NCBI GenBank assembly: GCA_963805625.1
Contig: CAWDVE010000010.1
Span: 576,001-640,000 of the forward strand
From: an uncultured Candidatus Rokubacteria bacterium
GTDB taxonomy: Bacteria; Methylomirabilota; Methylomirabilia; Rokubacteriales; DASRDR01
Reading direction: 5' to 3'
DNA length: 64,000 nt
Part shown: one piece after another, positions 1-8,529 of the stretch
Position numbering within the stretch: position 1 is the first letter of the stretch
Layout of the letters: each line of letters starts with the position of its first letter
Notes under the pieces: model-generated
Databases searched by the model: none
Told to the model about the DNA's origin: nothing
Seen by the model: only the letters and a program-made list of their open reading frames with translations
Program-made: the position numbers and the translations under genes

Positions 1-1380
1 ATTGGAGTACTTCACCCGCTTCGGCACCGGGCCGGCACCGTAGAAGGCGTCCGCGAACGGATCCGGATCGAGAAAGTCCGGCGACCACGAGGCAAGCTGC
101 AGCTGGATCTTCCCGGCACGATACTCGGCGAACGCCACCGAGCGCTCCTTGGGATCGAGCGTGACCTTGATGCCAGCCTGCGCCAGATCGGCCTGGAGCT
201 TGGCCGCCAGGGGCTCGGGGGCGACACCCAGGAGCGGTGCGGTCCAGTAGGAGAGCTTGAGCTCGATGCCGTTCGGGTACCCGGCCTCGGTGAGGAGCTG
301 CTTGGCCTTGGCCACGTCGCGCTTGCGCGCCAGCGACTTGTCGCCGCCGAGGAGGCCCAGCGGGATCATGGTCGAGGGCTGCTCACCCGCGCCCCGCACG
401 ATCCCCTTGATGATCCCGTCGTAGTCGATCGCGTACGAGACGGCCTGCCGGACCCGTTTGTCGCTCAGCTCCTTGCTCATCTCGGCGCTGTTGGTGACCC
501 CTAGGTACACCTGATTCATCGAGAGCCCCTCGACGATCTTGATCTTGGGGCCCTGCGTGATCTTGGCCACGATGTCGACGTCGAAGTCGTGGGCGACGTC
601 GGCGTCGCCGCGCTCGACCATCTCGCGCTGTGTGGTTCCGCTGGGCACGTGCTTCACGATCACTTTCGCGAAGTAGGGCTTCTTGCCCCAGTACCCGGCG
701 TTCCGCTCGAGGACCGCCTCGACGTTCTTCGTGAACGAGGTGAGCTTGTACGGCCCCGACCCTTCCGACTGGTTGTTGAGCCACTCGGTGGCCTTGTCCT
801 TGTCCTTCGCGTCGTCCGCGTCCGTGCCGCCCTTCGCCATGACGACCTTCGAGTCTGCGATGCCGCAGGGTACGGCCGCCAGCGCGGCGAGGAAGGACGC
901 GTCGGGGCCCGCGAGGACGATCCGGACGGTCAGGTCATCCACGACCTGAATGTCCTTGACCGGCTCCATGAAGAAGGACGGGTTGTCCTTCAGGTTCTTG
1001 AGCCGCCGCAGCGAGAAACGCACATCGTTCGCGGTCAGTGGATTCCCGGACGTGAACTTCACGCCGGGGCGGATCTTGAAGGTGTAGGTCGTCCCATCCG
1101 GGGACACCGTCCACGAGGTGGCCAGGCGCGGCTGGATCTTGGTGAAGTCCGGCGCGTCCACCGTCACGAGGGTGTCGTAGGCGGCGGTGTCCAGGATGTT
1201 CGAGGTGTACTCGTAGGTCTTGTGGACATCGTTCGTGACGTAGTCGTCGATGTTACGGGCGATGATCAAGGTCTCCTGCCGGCTCTGCGCTTGCGCCGGC
1301 CCGCCCGCGGCGAGCAGGACGGCAGCGACGCTGAGCGTCGTGATGGCCAGGAGCCTCATGACGTTCCGTTTGACACGCAT
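1..1380 (-). CDS. ABC transporter substrate-binding protein, peptide/nickel family 5 (3' end runs off the window)
   Basis: Not in the ORF track (no stop in window). Manual translation from ATG 1380 with GGAGGAG RBS: MRVKRNVMRLLAITTLSVAAVLLAAGGPAQAQ signal peptide, then PRLATSWTVSPDGTTYTFKIRPGVKFTSGNPLTANDVRFS, the SBP_bac_5 signature. Confidence 0.9.
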   Translation of the reverse strand, partial: MRVKRNVMRLLAITTLSVAAVLLAAGGPAQAQSRQETLIIARNIDDYVTNDVHKTYEYTSNILDTAAYDTLVTVDAPDFTKIQPRLATSWTVSPDGTTYTFKIRPGVKFTSGNPLTANDVRFSLRRLKNLKDNPSFFMEPVKDIQVVDDLTVRIVLAGPDASFLAALAAVPCGIADSKVVMAKGGTDADDAKDKDKATEWLNNQSEGSGPYKLTSFTKNVEAVLERNAGYWGKKPYFAKVIVKHVPSGTTQREMVERGDADVAHDFDVDIVAKITQGPKIKIVEGLSMNQVYLGVTNSAEMSKELSDKRVRQAVSYAIDYDGIIKGIVRGAGEQPSTMIPLGLLGGDKSLARKRDVAKAKQLLTEAGYPNGIELKLSYWTAPLLGVAPEPLAAKLQADLAQAGIKVTLDPKERSVAFAEYRAGKIQLQLASWSPDFLDPDPFADAFYGAGPVPKRVKYSN

Positions 1381-1430
1381 GTGTGCGATCTCCTCCCGGT
1401 GAAGGTTGACGGCCAGGATGACGCTGGCGC

Positions 1431-1661
1431 TCACGAGTTCGGGCGTACCACCAAGGTCTCGGTGACCGTTACGCCGTCGATGGCCCGGATGCGGCCCACG
1501 ACCTCGGATGCCGCGTGCAGGTCCAGGGAGCGGATGAGCGCCACCATGTCGTAGCGGCCGAACAGCTGGTACACATAGGAAAGCCCCTCCAGCTTCCGGA
1601 GCGCGTCGAGCACCTCCGTCTCCTTCTGGGGCTGGCACCGGATCAGGACACCCGCGACCAT
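1431..1661 (-). CDS. Stand-alone Lrp/AsnC ligand-binding (RAM) domain protein
   Basis: 76 aa, VYQLFGRYDMVALI...IRAIDGVTVTETLVV pattern; AAGGAGG RBS; no HTH. Confidence 0.85.
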   Translation of the reverse strand: MVAGVLIRCQPQKETEVLDALRKLEGLSYVYQLFGRYDMVALIRSLDLHAASEVVGRIRAIDGVTVTETLVVRPNS

Positions 1662-1690
1662 CGGATCCTCCTTCGCGGCCCGAAGGGCCG

Positions 1691-2749
1691 CTACCGCTTC
1701 ATCGCGTCTGCGCGCGCTGCGCCCGCCGGCTCGCTCCCCGCCACGGCAAGGATGGCCTTGACGCCCTGGCGGGAGAGCACGAACTCGAAGGCCTCCTGGG
1801 CCTGGTCGAGCGGGAACACGTGGCGCGTGAGCGCCTCGACGTCAACCCGGCCCTCGGCCAGGAGGGCCAGGGCTCGCTGGTACTCCCGGTACGAGTAGCA
1901 GATCGCACCCACCAGGTGCAACTCGCCCCGGACGGCCGGCTCCAGGTCGACCTGGACCTGCTTGTGTACGGTCAGCATCACGACGGAGCCGCCCTTTCGG
2001 GCCATGGCGATGCCCTGGCCGAGCGCTTCGGCGCTTCCCGCCGCCTCGTAGACGAAGTCCGCCCCTCCGTCCGTCAGCTCCCGGACCGCCGCCACCGCGT
2101 CTCGGTCCCGCACGTTCACGACCTCGTCGGCCCCCATCTGGCGGGCGAGAGCCAGGCGGTCGTCGCGGGTCCCGATGACGACGACGCGGGCCCGCAGGAT
2201 ACGCTTGATCACCTGGGTCGCGAACAGCCCCATCTGACCCGGGCCCAGGACGGCCACCCACGATCCCGAGGTGACGGTGATCATCTCGAGACCCCGGATC
2301 ACGCACGCCAGGGGGTCCGCGAGCACGGCCACCTCGTATGAAAGGCCCGGCGGCATGACGTGGATGTTCCGAGCGGGGACCGCGACGAACTCGGTCATGC
2401 CCCCGTCGACGGTGACGCCAAGCTCCTCCAGCTTCTCGCAGAGGTTGACGCGACCGACCTTGCAGTGCCGGCAGATGCCGCAGCCGATGCAGATCTCCAC
2501 GGCGACGGATGCCCCCAGCGGCACCTCCGTCACGCGCTCGCCGACGGCGACGACCTCCCCCGCGATCTCGTGACCGACGATGAACCGGCGGCGGCGTGCC
2601 GGATAGATCTCATTGTAGATCCGCTGGTCGCTGCCGCAGATCCCTGCGACCCGCACGCGGACGAGAACCTCCCAGGGCCCCACCGTGGGGACCGGCACGT
2701 CCTCGAGGACGACACCGCGCTTGGCTGGATCCTTGACGACGGCGAGCAT
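1691..2749 (-). CDS. Zn-dependent alcohol dehydrogenase (threonine/sorbitol DH-like MDR)
   Basis: GICGSD, GHE, CxxCxxCx7C structural Zn, GPGQMG Rossmann motif. Confidence 0.9.
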   Translation of the reverse strand: MLAVVKDPAKRGVVLEDVPVPTVGPWEVLVRVRVAGICGSDQRIYNEIYPARRRRFIVGHEIAGEVVAVGERVTEVPLGASVAVEICIGCGICRHCKVGRVNLCEKLEELGVTVDGGMTEFVAVPARNIHVMPPGLSYEVAVLADPLACVIRGLEMITVTSGSWVAVLGPGQMGLFATQVIKRILRARVVVIGTRDDRLALARQMGADEVVNVRDRDAVAAVRELTDGGADFVYEAAGSAEALGQGIAMARKGGSVVMLTVHKQVQVDLEPAVRGELHLVGAICYSYREYQRALALLAEGRVDVEALTRHVFPLDQAQEAFEFVLSRQGVKAILAVAGSEPAGAARADAMKR

Positions 2750-2759
2750 GCGGGATCCG

Positions 2760-3755
2760 CTAGAGGGAGCTCGCGAACCGCTGGCGCTCCAGCAACCGCG
2801 CCGCCTCGCGGGCGAAGTACGTGATGATCAGGTCCGCGCCGGCGCGCCGGATCGCCGTGAGCGCCTCGAGCATGCAGCGCTCCTCGTCGAGCCAGCCGAG
2901 CCGTGCGGCGGCTTTGATCATGGCGTATTCCCCCGAGACCGAGTAGGCCGCCAGGGGCAGCCCGAACTCCTGGCGCACCCGGGCGATCACGTCCAGGTAC
3001 GGAAGGGCCGGCTTCACCATCACGATGTCCGCGCCCTCGTCGACGTCCAGCCCCACCTCGCGGAGCGCCTCGGCGGCATTCGCGGGATCCATCTGGTAGG
3101 AGCGGCGGTCACCGAACTGAGGCGCCGACTCCGCTGCTTCACGGAACGGCCCGTAGAACGCCGACGCATACTTCGCCGAGTACGCCATGATGGGCGTCTC
3201 AGTGTACCCCGCCTCGTCGAGCGCCTCCCGGATGGCTCCAACGCGGCCGTCCATCATGTCCGAAGGCGCGACGATGTCGGCTCCCGACTCCATGTGGGAC
3301 AGCGCGACGCGGGCCAGGAGCTCCACGCTCGCGTCGTTCTTGACGCGTCCGTCCTCGACGAGCCCGCAGTGCCCGTGGCTCGTGTACTGGCAGAGGCACA
3401 CGTCGGTGATCACCAGGAGGTCCGGGATCGTCTCCTTCACCGCGCGGGCCGCCTGCTGGACGATCCCGTCCTCGGCGTACGCCTCCGAGCCCCGCGGATC
3501 CTTCGACTGCGGCACGCCGAAGAGAAGGACCGCGGGGATGCCCATGCTAGCGGCATCCTTCGCCTCCTTCAGCAGCTCGTCGATGGAGAGCTTCGACACG
3601 CCCGGCATCGAACCGACCGGGTCCCGCACGCCCCGGCCGTGGACCGCGAACAGCGGCAGGATGAGATTCTCGACGCCCAGCCGGGTCTCCCGCACCATCC
3701 GTCGGAGGAGCGGGGACTCACGGAGCCGGCGCGGCCGGTACAAGGGGTGTGCCAT
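2760..3755 (-). CDS. hemB: Porphobilinogen synthase (ALA dehydratase)
   Basis: [14 protein letters not shown] Zn site, [29 protein letters not shown]. Confidence 0.98.
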   Translation of the reverse strand: MAHPLYRPRRLRESPLLRRMVRETRLGVENLILPLFAVHGRGVRDPVGSMPGVSKLSIDELLKEAKDAASMGIPAVLLFGVPQSKDPRGSEAYAEDGIVQQAARAVKETIPDLLVITDVCLCQYTSHGHCGLVEDGRVKNDASVELLARVALSHMESGADIVAPSDMMDGRVGAIREALDEAGYTETPIMAYSAKYASAFYGPFREAAESAPQFGDRRSYQMDPANAAEALREVGLDVDEGADIVMVKPALPYLDVIARVRQEFGLPLAAYSVSGEYAMIKAAARLGWLDEERCMLEALTAIRRAGADLIITYFAREAARLLERQRFASSL

Positions 3756-3793
3756 GTGAGGATCCTCCTGCCCAGTTCCCGGTCAGTACCGGA

Positions 3794-4960
3794 TCAGCCC
3801 CGCAGTGCCGCCGGCGGGGACGTCGCGAAGTGACCGGCGATCGCGTCGGCGAGCGCCGGAACCGTGTATTCATCGGGCATCACGCTCACTCGGAGACCGT
3901 GCTCGACGGCCGTCTCCGCCGTGATCGGTCCGATGGCGGCGACGACGACTCCATCGAGGAGCCGGCGCGCGTCGGATGGCGCCAGGAGCGCGATGAAGCC
4001 GCGGACCGTCGACGAGCTGGTGAACGTCACGGCGTCGATCCGCCGGGACTCGAGGAGCCCGAGGATGTCACCCGCTCCCTCCCCGGCGAGTACCGTTCGG
4101 TACGCGGGGGCAATCGTCACCCGGACCCCGCGCGCCGCGAGCTCGCGAGGCAGGACGTCCCGTGCCTCGGCGGCGCGCACCAGCAGCACCGCGTCGCCGC
4201 GGTCGAGCCGGGTTCCGAGCGCGTCGACGAGTCCTTCGGCCCGGTACTCGGCCGGCACGAGGTCGGGTTCGATCCCTCCCCGGCGGAGGGCCTCGGCGGT
4301 CTCGGGGCCAATCGCGGCCACGCGACGGCCGCCAAGGCTCCGTGCATCGAGCCCCGCGAGTCCGAGCCGCTCGCGGAATGCGGCCACGCCGTTGACGCTG
4401 GTGAAGACAATCCACTGGAAGTCTGCCAGCGACCGGATCGCCTCGTCGAGGGGCGTCCAGTCCTCGGGAGGCCCGATCCGGATGGTGGGGAGCGTCACCG
4501 CCTCGGCTCCGTAGGCTTCGAGGAGCCCGGTCAGCCGGGCGGCCTGCGCGCGGGGTCGCGTCACGAGCACCCGCCGCCCGGACAGCGGCCGGCGCGCCAG
4601 CCAGGTCTCGACGGCGCCGGGCGCGACGCCGGGAACCACCTGGAAGCCCACGCCACAGGCATCGAGCGTCGCCGCCTCGTCCCGAAAGGCCTCCCCGTCT
4701 CCCCTGACCAGCCGGACGACGCGGCGCCCAGCGACCGCGTGGGCCCGCAGGAGGGCCGGGACGGCGTTCCGCGGGAGCCCGCGTCCGTCTTCGCTCACGC
4801 GGATGCGCTCGGCCCCCTCGAGCGCGCCCTCGACCACCGCGCACGCCACGTCCGCGTCGGCGACGACGACCTCGGCAGCCGCCAGGGCCTGCTGGGCTCG
4901 AACGGCCAGCAAGCCTGGATCTCCCGACCCGGCGCCGATGAACGTGACCAGCGCTCTCAC
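3794..4960 (-). CDS. hemD: Uroporphyrinogen-III synthase with truncated, degenerate N-terminal CobA/CysG methyltransferase-like domain
   Basis: GTG 4960 overlaps hemC TGA; N-term GAGSGDPGLL; C-term RVLVTRP, FTSVNGV, AIGPETA, FTSSSTV HemD motifs. Confidence 0.9.
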   Translation of the reverse strand: MRALVTFIGAGSGDPGLLAVRAQQALAAAEVVVADADVACAVVEGALEGAERIRVSEDGRGLPRNAVPALLRAHAVAGRRVVRLVRGDGEAFRDEAATLDACGVGFQVVPGVAPGAVETWLARRPLSGRRVLVTRPRAQAARLTGLLEAYGAEAVTLPTIRIGPPEDWTPLDEAIRSLADFQWIVFTSVNGVAAFRERLGLAGLDARSLGGRRVAAIGPETAEALRRGGIEPDLVPAEYRAEGLVDALGTRLDRGDAVLLVRAAEARDVLPRELAARGVRVTIAPAYRTVLAGEGAGDILGLLESRRIDAVTFTSSSTVRGFIALLAPSDARRLLDGVVVAAIGPITAETAVEHGLRVSVMPDEYTVPALADAIAGHFATSPPAALRG

Positions 4961-5883
4961 GCCACCCGCCCGATCTGGATGATGTCCGCGGCGCCCGCCG
5001 CGAGGAGTCGAGCCGCCAGGCGTCGGCCCAGCGATTCGGGAGCCCCCGGGCTCCCCACCTCTCCATCCCGCAGGGCGCGAGTCCCGTCGGGCGTCGCGAC
5101 GAAGGCATCGAGCCTGAGCCCGGCCTCGACACGGCGGGCATACGCCGCCAGCGGCGTCGTGCAGGTTCCCCCGACGGTCTCGAGGAACGCCCGCTCCGCG
5201 AGGGTCGCGGTCCGGGTCTCGACGTCGGTCAGCGCCTCGGCGAGCGCAAGGATCCCCGTGTCGCCCTCCCGCGCCTCCACGCCGAGGGTCCCCTGCCCGA
5301 CTGCCGGCAGCATCTCCTCCGGGTCGAGCGCCGTGGCCGTACCGTCGAGGAGGCCGAGCCGTTTGAGACCCGCGGCAGCGAGGACGAGCGCGTCGTACTC
5401 GCCTTGCCGGAGCTTCCGAAGACGCGTGTCGACGTTCCCCCGGATCGGCGAGGCCATGACATCCGGGCGTCGCGCCAGGAGCTGGACGCGCCGGCGGAGG
5501 CTCGATGTGCCCACCCGCGCCCCCCGCGGAAGGGAGCCGATTCCGGTCGCGGTCGCCGCCACGAGCACATCCCGCGGATCCTCGCGCCGCGGGAACGCGG
5601 CCAGGACCAGACCCTTGGGGCGCTCGGCGGGAAGATCCTTCAGGCTGTGGACGGCCAGATCCACTCGCCCCTCCCGGAGAGCGTCGTCGATCTCGTGCAC
5701 GAAGAGGCCCTTGCCCCCCACCTCGGCGAGGTGAGCCGTGGCGAGCCGATCTCCGGAGGTCCGGATCGGGACGAGCTCGACCTCGAGGCGAGGCCACGCG
5801 CGCCTGAGACCCGCCGCGATCTCCTCGGCCTGCCGGAGCGCCAGCTGGCTTCCGCGCGTGCCGATCCGGACACGGTCGCTCAC
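4957..5883 (-). CDS. hemC: Hydroxymethylbilane synthase (porphobilinogen deaminase)
   Basis: IGTRGSQLALRQ, GGKGLF, AVHSLKDLP, GTSSLRR, RGNVDTRL, GGTC; GTG 5883 overlaps ttcA stop. Confidence 0.97.
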   Translation of the reverse strand: MSDRVRIGTRGSQLALRQAEEIAAGLRRAWPRLEVELVPIRTSGDRLATAHLAEVGGKGLFVHEIDDALREGRVDLAVHSLKDLPAERPKGLVLAAFPRREDPRDVLVAATATGIGSLPRGARVGTSSLRRRVQLLARRPDVMASPIRGNVDTRLRKLRQGEYDALVLAAAGLKRLGLLDGTATALDPEEMLPAVGQGTLGVEAREGDTGILALAEALTDVETRTATLAERAFLETVGGTCTTPLAAYARRVEAGLRLDAFVATPDGTRALRDGEVGSPGAPESLGRRLAARLLAAGAADIIQIGRVA

Positions 5884-6722
5884 CCTGCCTCGTCCCCGCC
5901 CCCGAGCGCCCCGGCAAGCGCCACTCCCGCCGCGGCGGCGAGAACAGGGAGCCGGTCGCCCGGACGCGCCCCGCGCCGGGCCGGAATCGGTAGCGAGCCG
6001 AGGTCGACCCGTCCCAGCGCGCCGAGAAGGCTCCGCTTGAGCCCGGGGTGAGCCCGCTCCAGCTCCCGAAGCAGCCGCTTCATCCGGTGGCGCTGGAGCG
6101 TGGGGTCCTTGCAGCCGGGGCAGGCGCAGCACACGACCGGGTACGCCCGCGCCCGAACGTACTCGGCGATGTCGTCCTCCCACGCGTAGACGAGGGGCCG
6201 GATGACCGTGTGGCGACCGTTGGTCGCCCGGAGCCGGGCATGCATTCCCTTGATCTGGCCGTTGAAGAAGAGGTTCAGCAACAGGGTCTCGATGAAGTCG
6301 TCCGCGTGATGGCCAAGCGCGATCTTGTTGCAGCCCAGCTCGTCGGCGTACTTGTAGAGCGCTCCGCGGCGAAGCCGTGCGCAGAGCGAGCAGAACGTCT
6401 CGCCGGGCTGGATCTTCTCCTTGACCGTGAGGTTGATGCGCGCGCTCCGCATCTCGTAGGTATACCCCTCGCGCGCGAGCTGATCCTCGATGAGGTCGGC
6501 CCGGAATCCGGGGAAGCCCTGGTCGACGTTCAGCGCGAGCAGCTCGAATCGGACGGGGGCCCGGCGCTGGGTGAGTCGGAGCAGGTTCAGGAGCGCCCAG
6601 GAGTCCTTGCCGCCCGAGACCCCGACCAGGATCCGGTCCCCGGGCTCGATGAGCCCGAAGTCGCCGATCGCCTCGCCGAACCGGGCCAAGAGGCGCCGCT
6701 CGAGCCGCTGGTCTTCACTCAC
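5880..6722 (-). CDS. ttcA: tRNA 2-thiocytidine(32) synthetase
   Basis: SGGKDS PP-loop, CSLCARLRRG, IALGHHADD, VIRPL; GTG start with AGGAGG upstream. Confidence 0.92.
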   Translation of the reverse strand: MSEDQRLERRLLARFGEAIGDFGLIEPGDRILVGVSGGKDSWALLNLLRLTQRRAPVRFELLALNVDQGFPGFRADLIEDQLAREGYTYEMRSARINLTVKEKIQPGETFCSLCARLRRGALYKYADELGCNKIALGHHADDFIETLLLNLFFNGQIKGMHARLRATNGRHTVIRPLVYAWEDDIAEYVRARAYPVVCCACPGCKDPTLQRHRMKRLLRELERAHPGLKRSLLGALGRVDLGSLPIPARRGARPGDRLPVLAAAAGVALAGALGGGDEAG

Positions 6723-6754
6723 GCTGGTCGTCGCCCTCCTGGCGGGATCCTCGA

Positions 6755-6784
6755 ATTGTAGCGCCCCCCGTGAGGCCACTTCAA
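6755..6784 (-). promoter_or_regulatory. sigma70-type promoter of the ttcA-hem operon
   Basis: TTGAAG-18nt-TACAAT on minus strand. Confidence 0.55.
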
Positions 6785-6875
6785 CCGACCCGGCTTGCCG
6801 TCCTCGCCAGCTCGGCCCGTCGGCGTGCCGTGAAGGTCTTGCCCTGGGCGCCTGGCGGGAAGGCGGTTCGGTTGA
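6781..6875. repeat. 95-bp segment bounded by 22-bp imperfect inverted repeats
   Basis: TCAACCGACCCGGCTTGCCGTC (6781-6802) vs reverse complement of 6854-6875 TCAACCGAACCGCCTTCCCGCC, 18/22 identical. Confidence 0.6.
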
Positions 6876-6898
6876 CAGCGAGGCACGCCTCCACCTAA

Positions 6899-7672
6899 AT
6901 GGCTCGCATGGCTGACTCTCAGTTCCGGCTCGACGGCCGCGTCGCACTGGTCACGGGTGGCAGTCGGGGCATCGGCCGCGCGGTCGCCCTCGGCCTCGCC
7001 CAGGCGGGCGCCGATGTGGTGGTAGCAGCTCGCAAGGCACAGGACCTCGACCCGGTCGCCGACGAGATCCGAGCGCTCGGCCGCCGGGCCCTCGCGGTCC
7101 CGGCTCATCTCGGGCGCCGCCCGGAGATCGATCGGCTCTTCGAGGCGACCCTCGACGCCTTCGGTCGCCTCGACGTGCTGGTGAACAACGCCGCCACCAA
7201 TCCGGTCTTCGGTCCGCTGCTCGACATCGACGAGGACGCGTGGGACCGGATCATGGCCCTCAACGTGAAGGGTTACCTTCTCGCCGCTCAGCGAGCGGCC
7301 AGGGCGATGGCAGCCCTCGGGCGGGGGGCCATCGTCAACATCGCCTCGACGGCCGGGCTCCGCGCGAGCCCGGGTCTGGGCGCCTACTCCGTGTCGAAGG
7401 CCGCGGTGATCATGCTCACGCGAGTCCTCGGTCGTGAGCTCGCCCCGCTCGGGATCCGGGTCAACGGGGTCGCCCCGGCGCTGATCGAGACCCGCTTCAG
7501 CGAGGCCCTCTGGAAGAATCCGGAGATCCTGTCCGGGTACCTCAAGAGCACGCCGCTCGGCCGCGCCGGCCAGCCGGAGGAGGTCGCCGGAGCAGTCGTC
7601 TACCTCTCCTCGGACGCCTCGAGCTACGTCACCGGGCAGACGCTCCTGCTCGATGGCGGGCATCTGGCCTGA
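6899..7672 (+). CDS. Short-chain dehydrogenase/reductase (DHRS4-like)
   Basis: TGGSRGIG, NNAATNP, YSVSK catalytic motif; start may be 6908. Confidence 0.93.
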   Translation: MARMADSQFRLDGRVALVTGGSRGIGRAVALGLAQAGADVVVAARKAQDLDPVADEIRALGRRALAVPAHLGRRPEIDRLFEATLDAFGRLDVLVNNAATNPVFGPLLDIDEDAWDRIMALNVKGYLLAAQRAARAMAALGRGAIVNIASTAGLRASPGLGAYSVSKAAVIMLTRVLGRELAPLGIRVNGVAPALIETRFSEALWKNPEILSGYLKSTPLGRAGQPEEVAGAVVYLSSDASSYVTGQTLLLDGGHLA

Positions 7673-7694
7673 GCTGCGGCCCCCGGGCCGCGGC

Positions 7695-8453
7695 TCACTT
7701 CGTGTCCAGCGCCAGGTGCTCGCCTCCGGCGTACACGTTGAACGCGTCGTGGCGCAAGTAGCCCACCACCGTCACGCCCAGCTGCTCGGCGAGGCTGATC
7801 GCCATCTCGGTCGGTGAGGTGCGAGAGACGATGATCGGAGCCCCCATCCTCGCGCCCTTCAGGAGCATCTCCGAGGACACCCGCCCCGTGCTGAGGAGCA
7901 CCCGGTCTCGGGTGGCGACGCCGCGAAGCAGCGCCTCGCCACAGACCTTGTCCACCGCGTTGTGCCGGCCCACGTCCTCGGCCATGAACAGAAGCTGATC
8001 GGGATCGGCGAGCGCGGCCCCGTGGATCCCCCGGGAGGCGCGGTAGGCCACCGCCAGCTGGTAGAGCTCCTTCATGCGCTCGAAGAGCCGGGTCGGCTCC
8101 ACCCGAAGCGTGGACTCGACCCGCGGAATCACGCGCGGGTCGATGCGGAACGTGATGCCCCCTCCGCAGCCCGATGTGAGGATCCGCTCCGTAGGAAGCT
8201 CCACGTCTTGGACGAGGTCCACGTCCGCCCGGCCGTCGACCTCGGAGACCGCGAGCCGCTTGATCTCGTCGACCGAGCCGATGATCTTCTCCAGCCAGAG
8301 GTAGCCCACGACCAGGGCGTCGAGCTTCCGGGGCGTGCTGAGGAGCGTGATGAACTTCTGACCGTTGACGTAGACGGTCAAGGGCTGCTCACGAACGATC
8401 TGACCCTTGACCTCGCGGTACTCCCCGGCCTTCCAGCTATAGTACGTTCGCAT
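7695..8453 (-). CDS. fdhD: Formate dehydrogenase accessory sulfurtransferase FdhD
   Basis: TSGCG, GIHGAAL, EDVGRHNAVDK, STGRVSSEM; ATG 8453 inside the longer ORF. Confidence 0.93.
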   Translation of the reverse strand: MRTYYSWKAGEYREVKGQIVREQPLTVYVNGQKFITLLSTPRKLDALVVGYLWLEKIIGSVDEIKRLAVSEVDGRADVDLVQDVELPTERILTSGCGGGITFRIDPRVIPRVESTLRVEPTRLFERMKELYQLAVAYRASRGIHGAALADPDQLLFMAEDVGRHNAVDKVCGEALLRGVATRDRVLLSTGRVSSEMLLKGARMGAPIIVSRTSPTEMAISLAEQLGVTVVGYLRHDAFNVYAGGEHLALDTK

Positions 8454-8529
8454 GGCTCTCAGCTGCTCCGAGGCTAGTCTCCGGCTCGCCTTGCCGTCAA
8501 GCTTGGCGGCCCCTCGTCTTCGCGGCCCC

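Noticed and set aside
589-5734. Long plus-strand ORFs (589-1554, 2685-3833, 3749-5734) and similar antisense ORFs throughout (e.g. 22903-24966, 28541-30229)
   Set aside because: Shadow frames opposite well-supported genes; Arg/Pro/Gly-rich, no motifs; expected at about 70% GC
3794-5917. 707-aa ORF as one protein
   Set aside because: The N-terminal ~320 aa overlap hemC in another frame; the real start is GTG 4960
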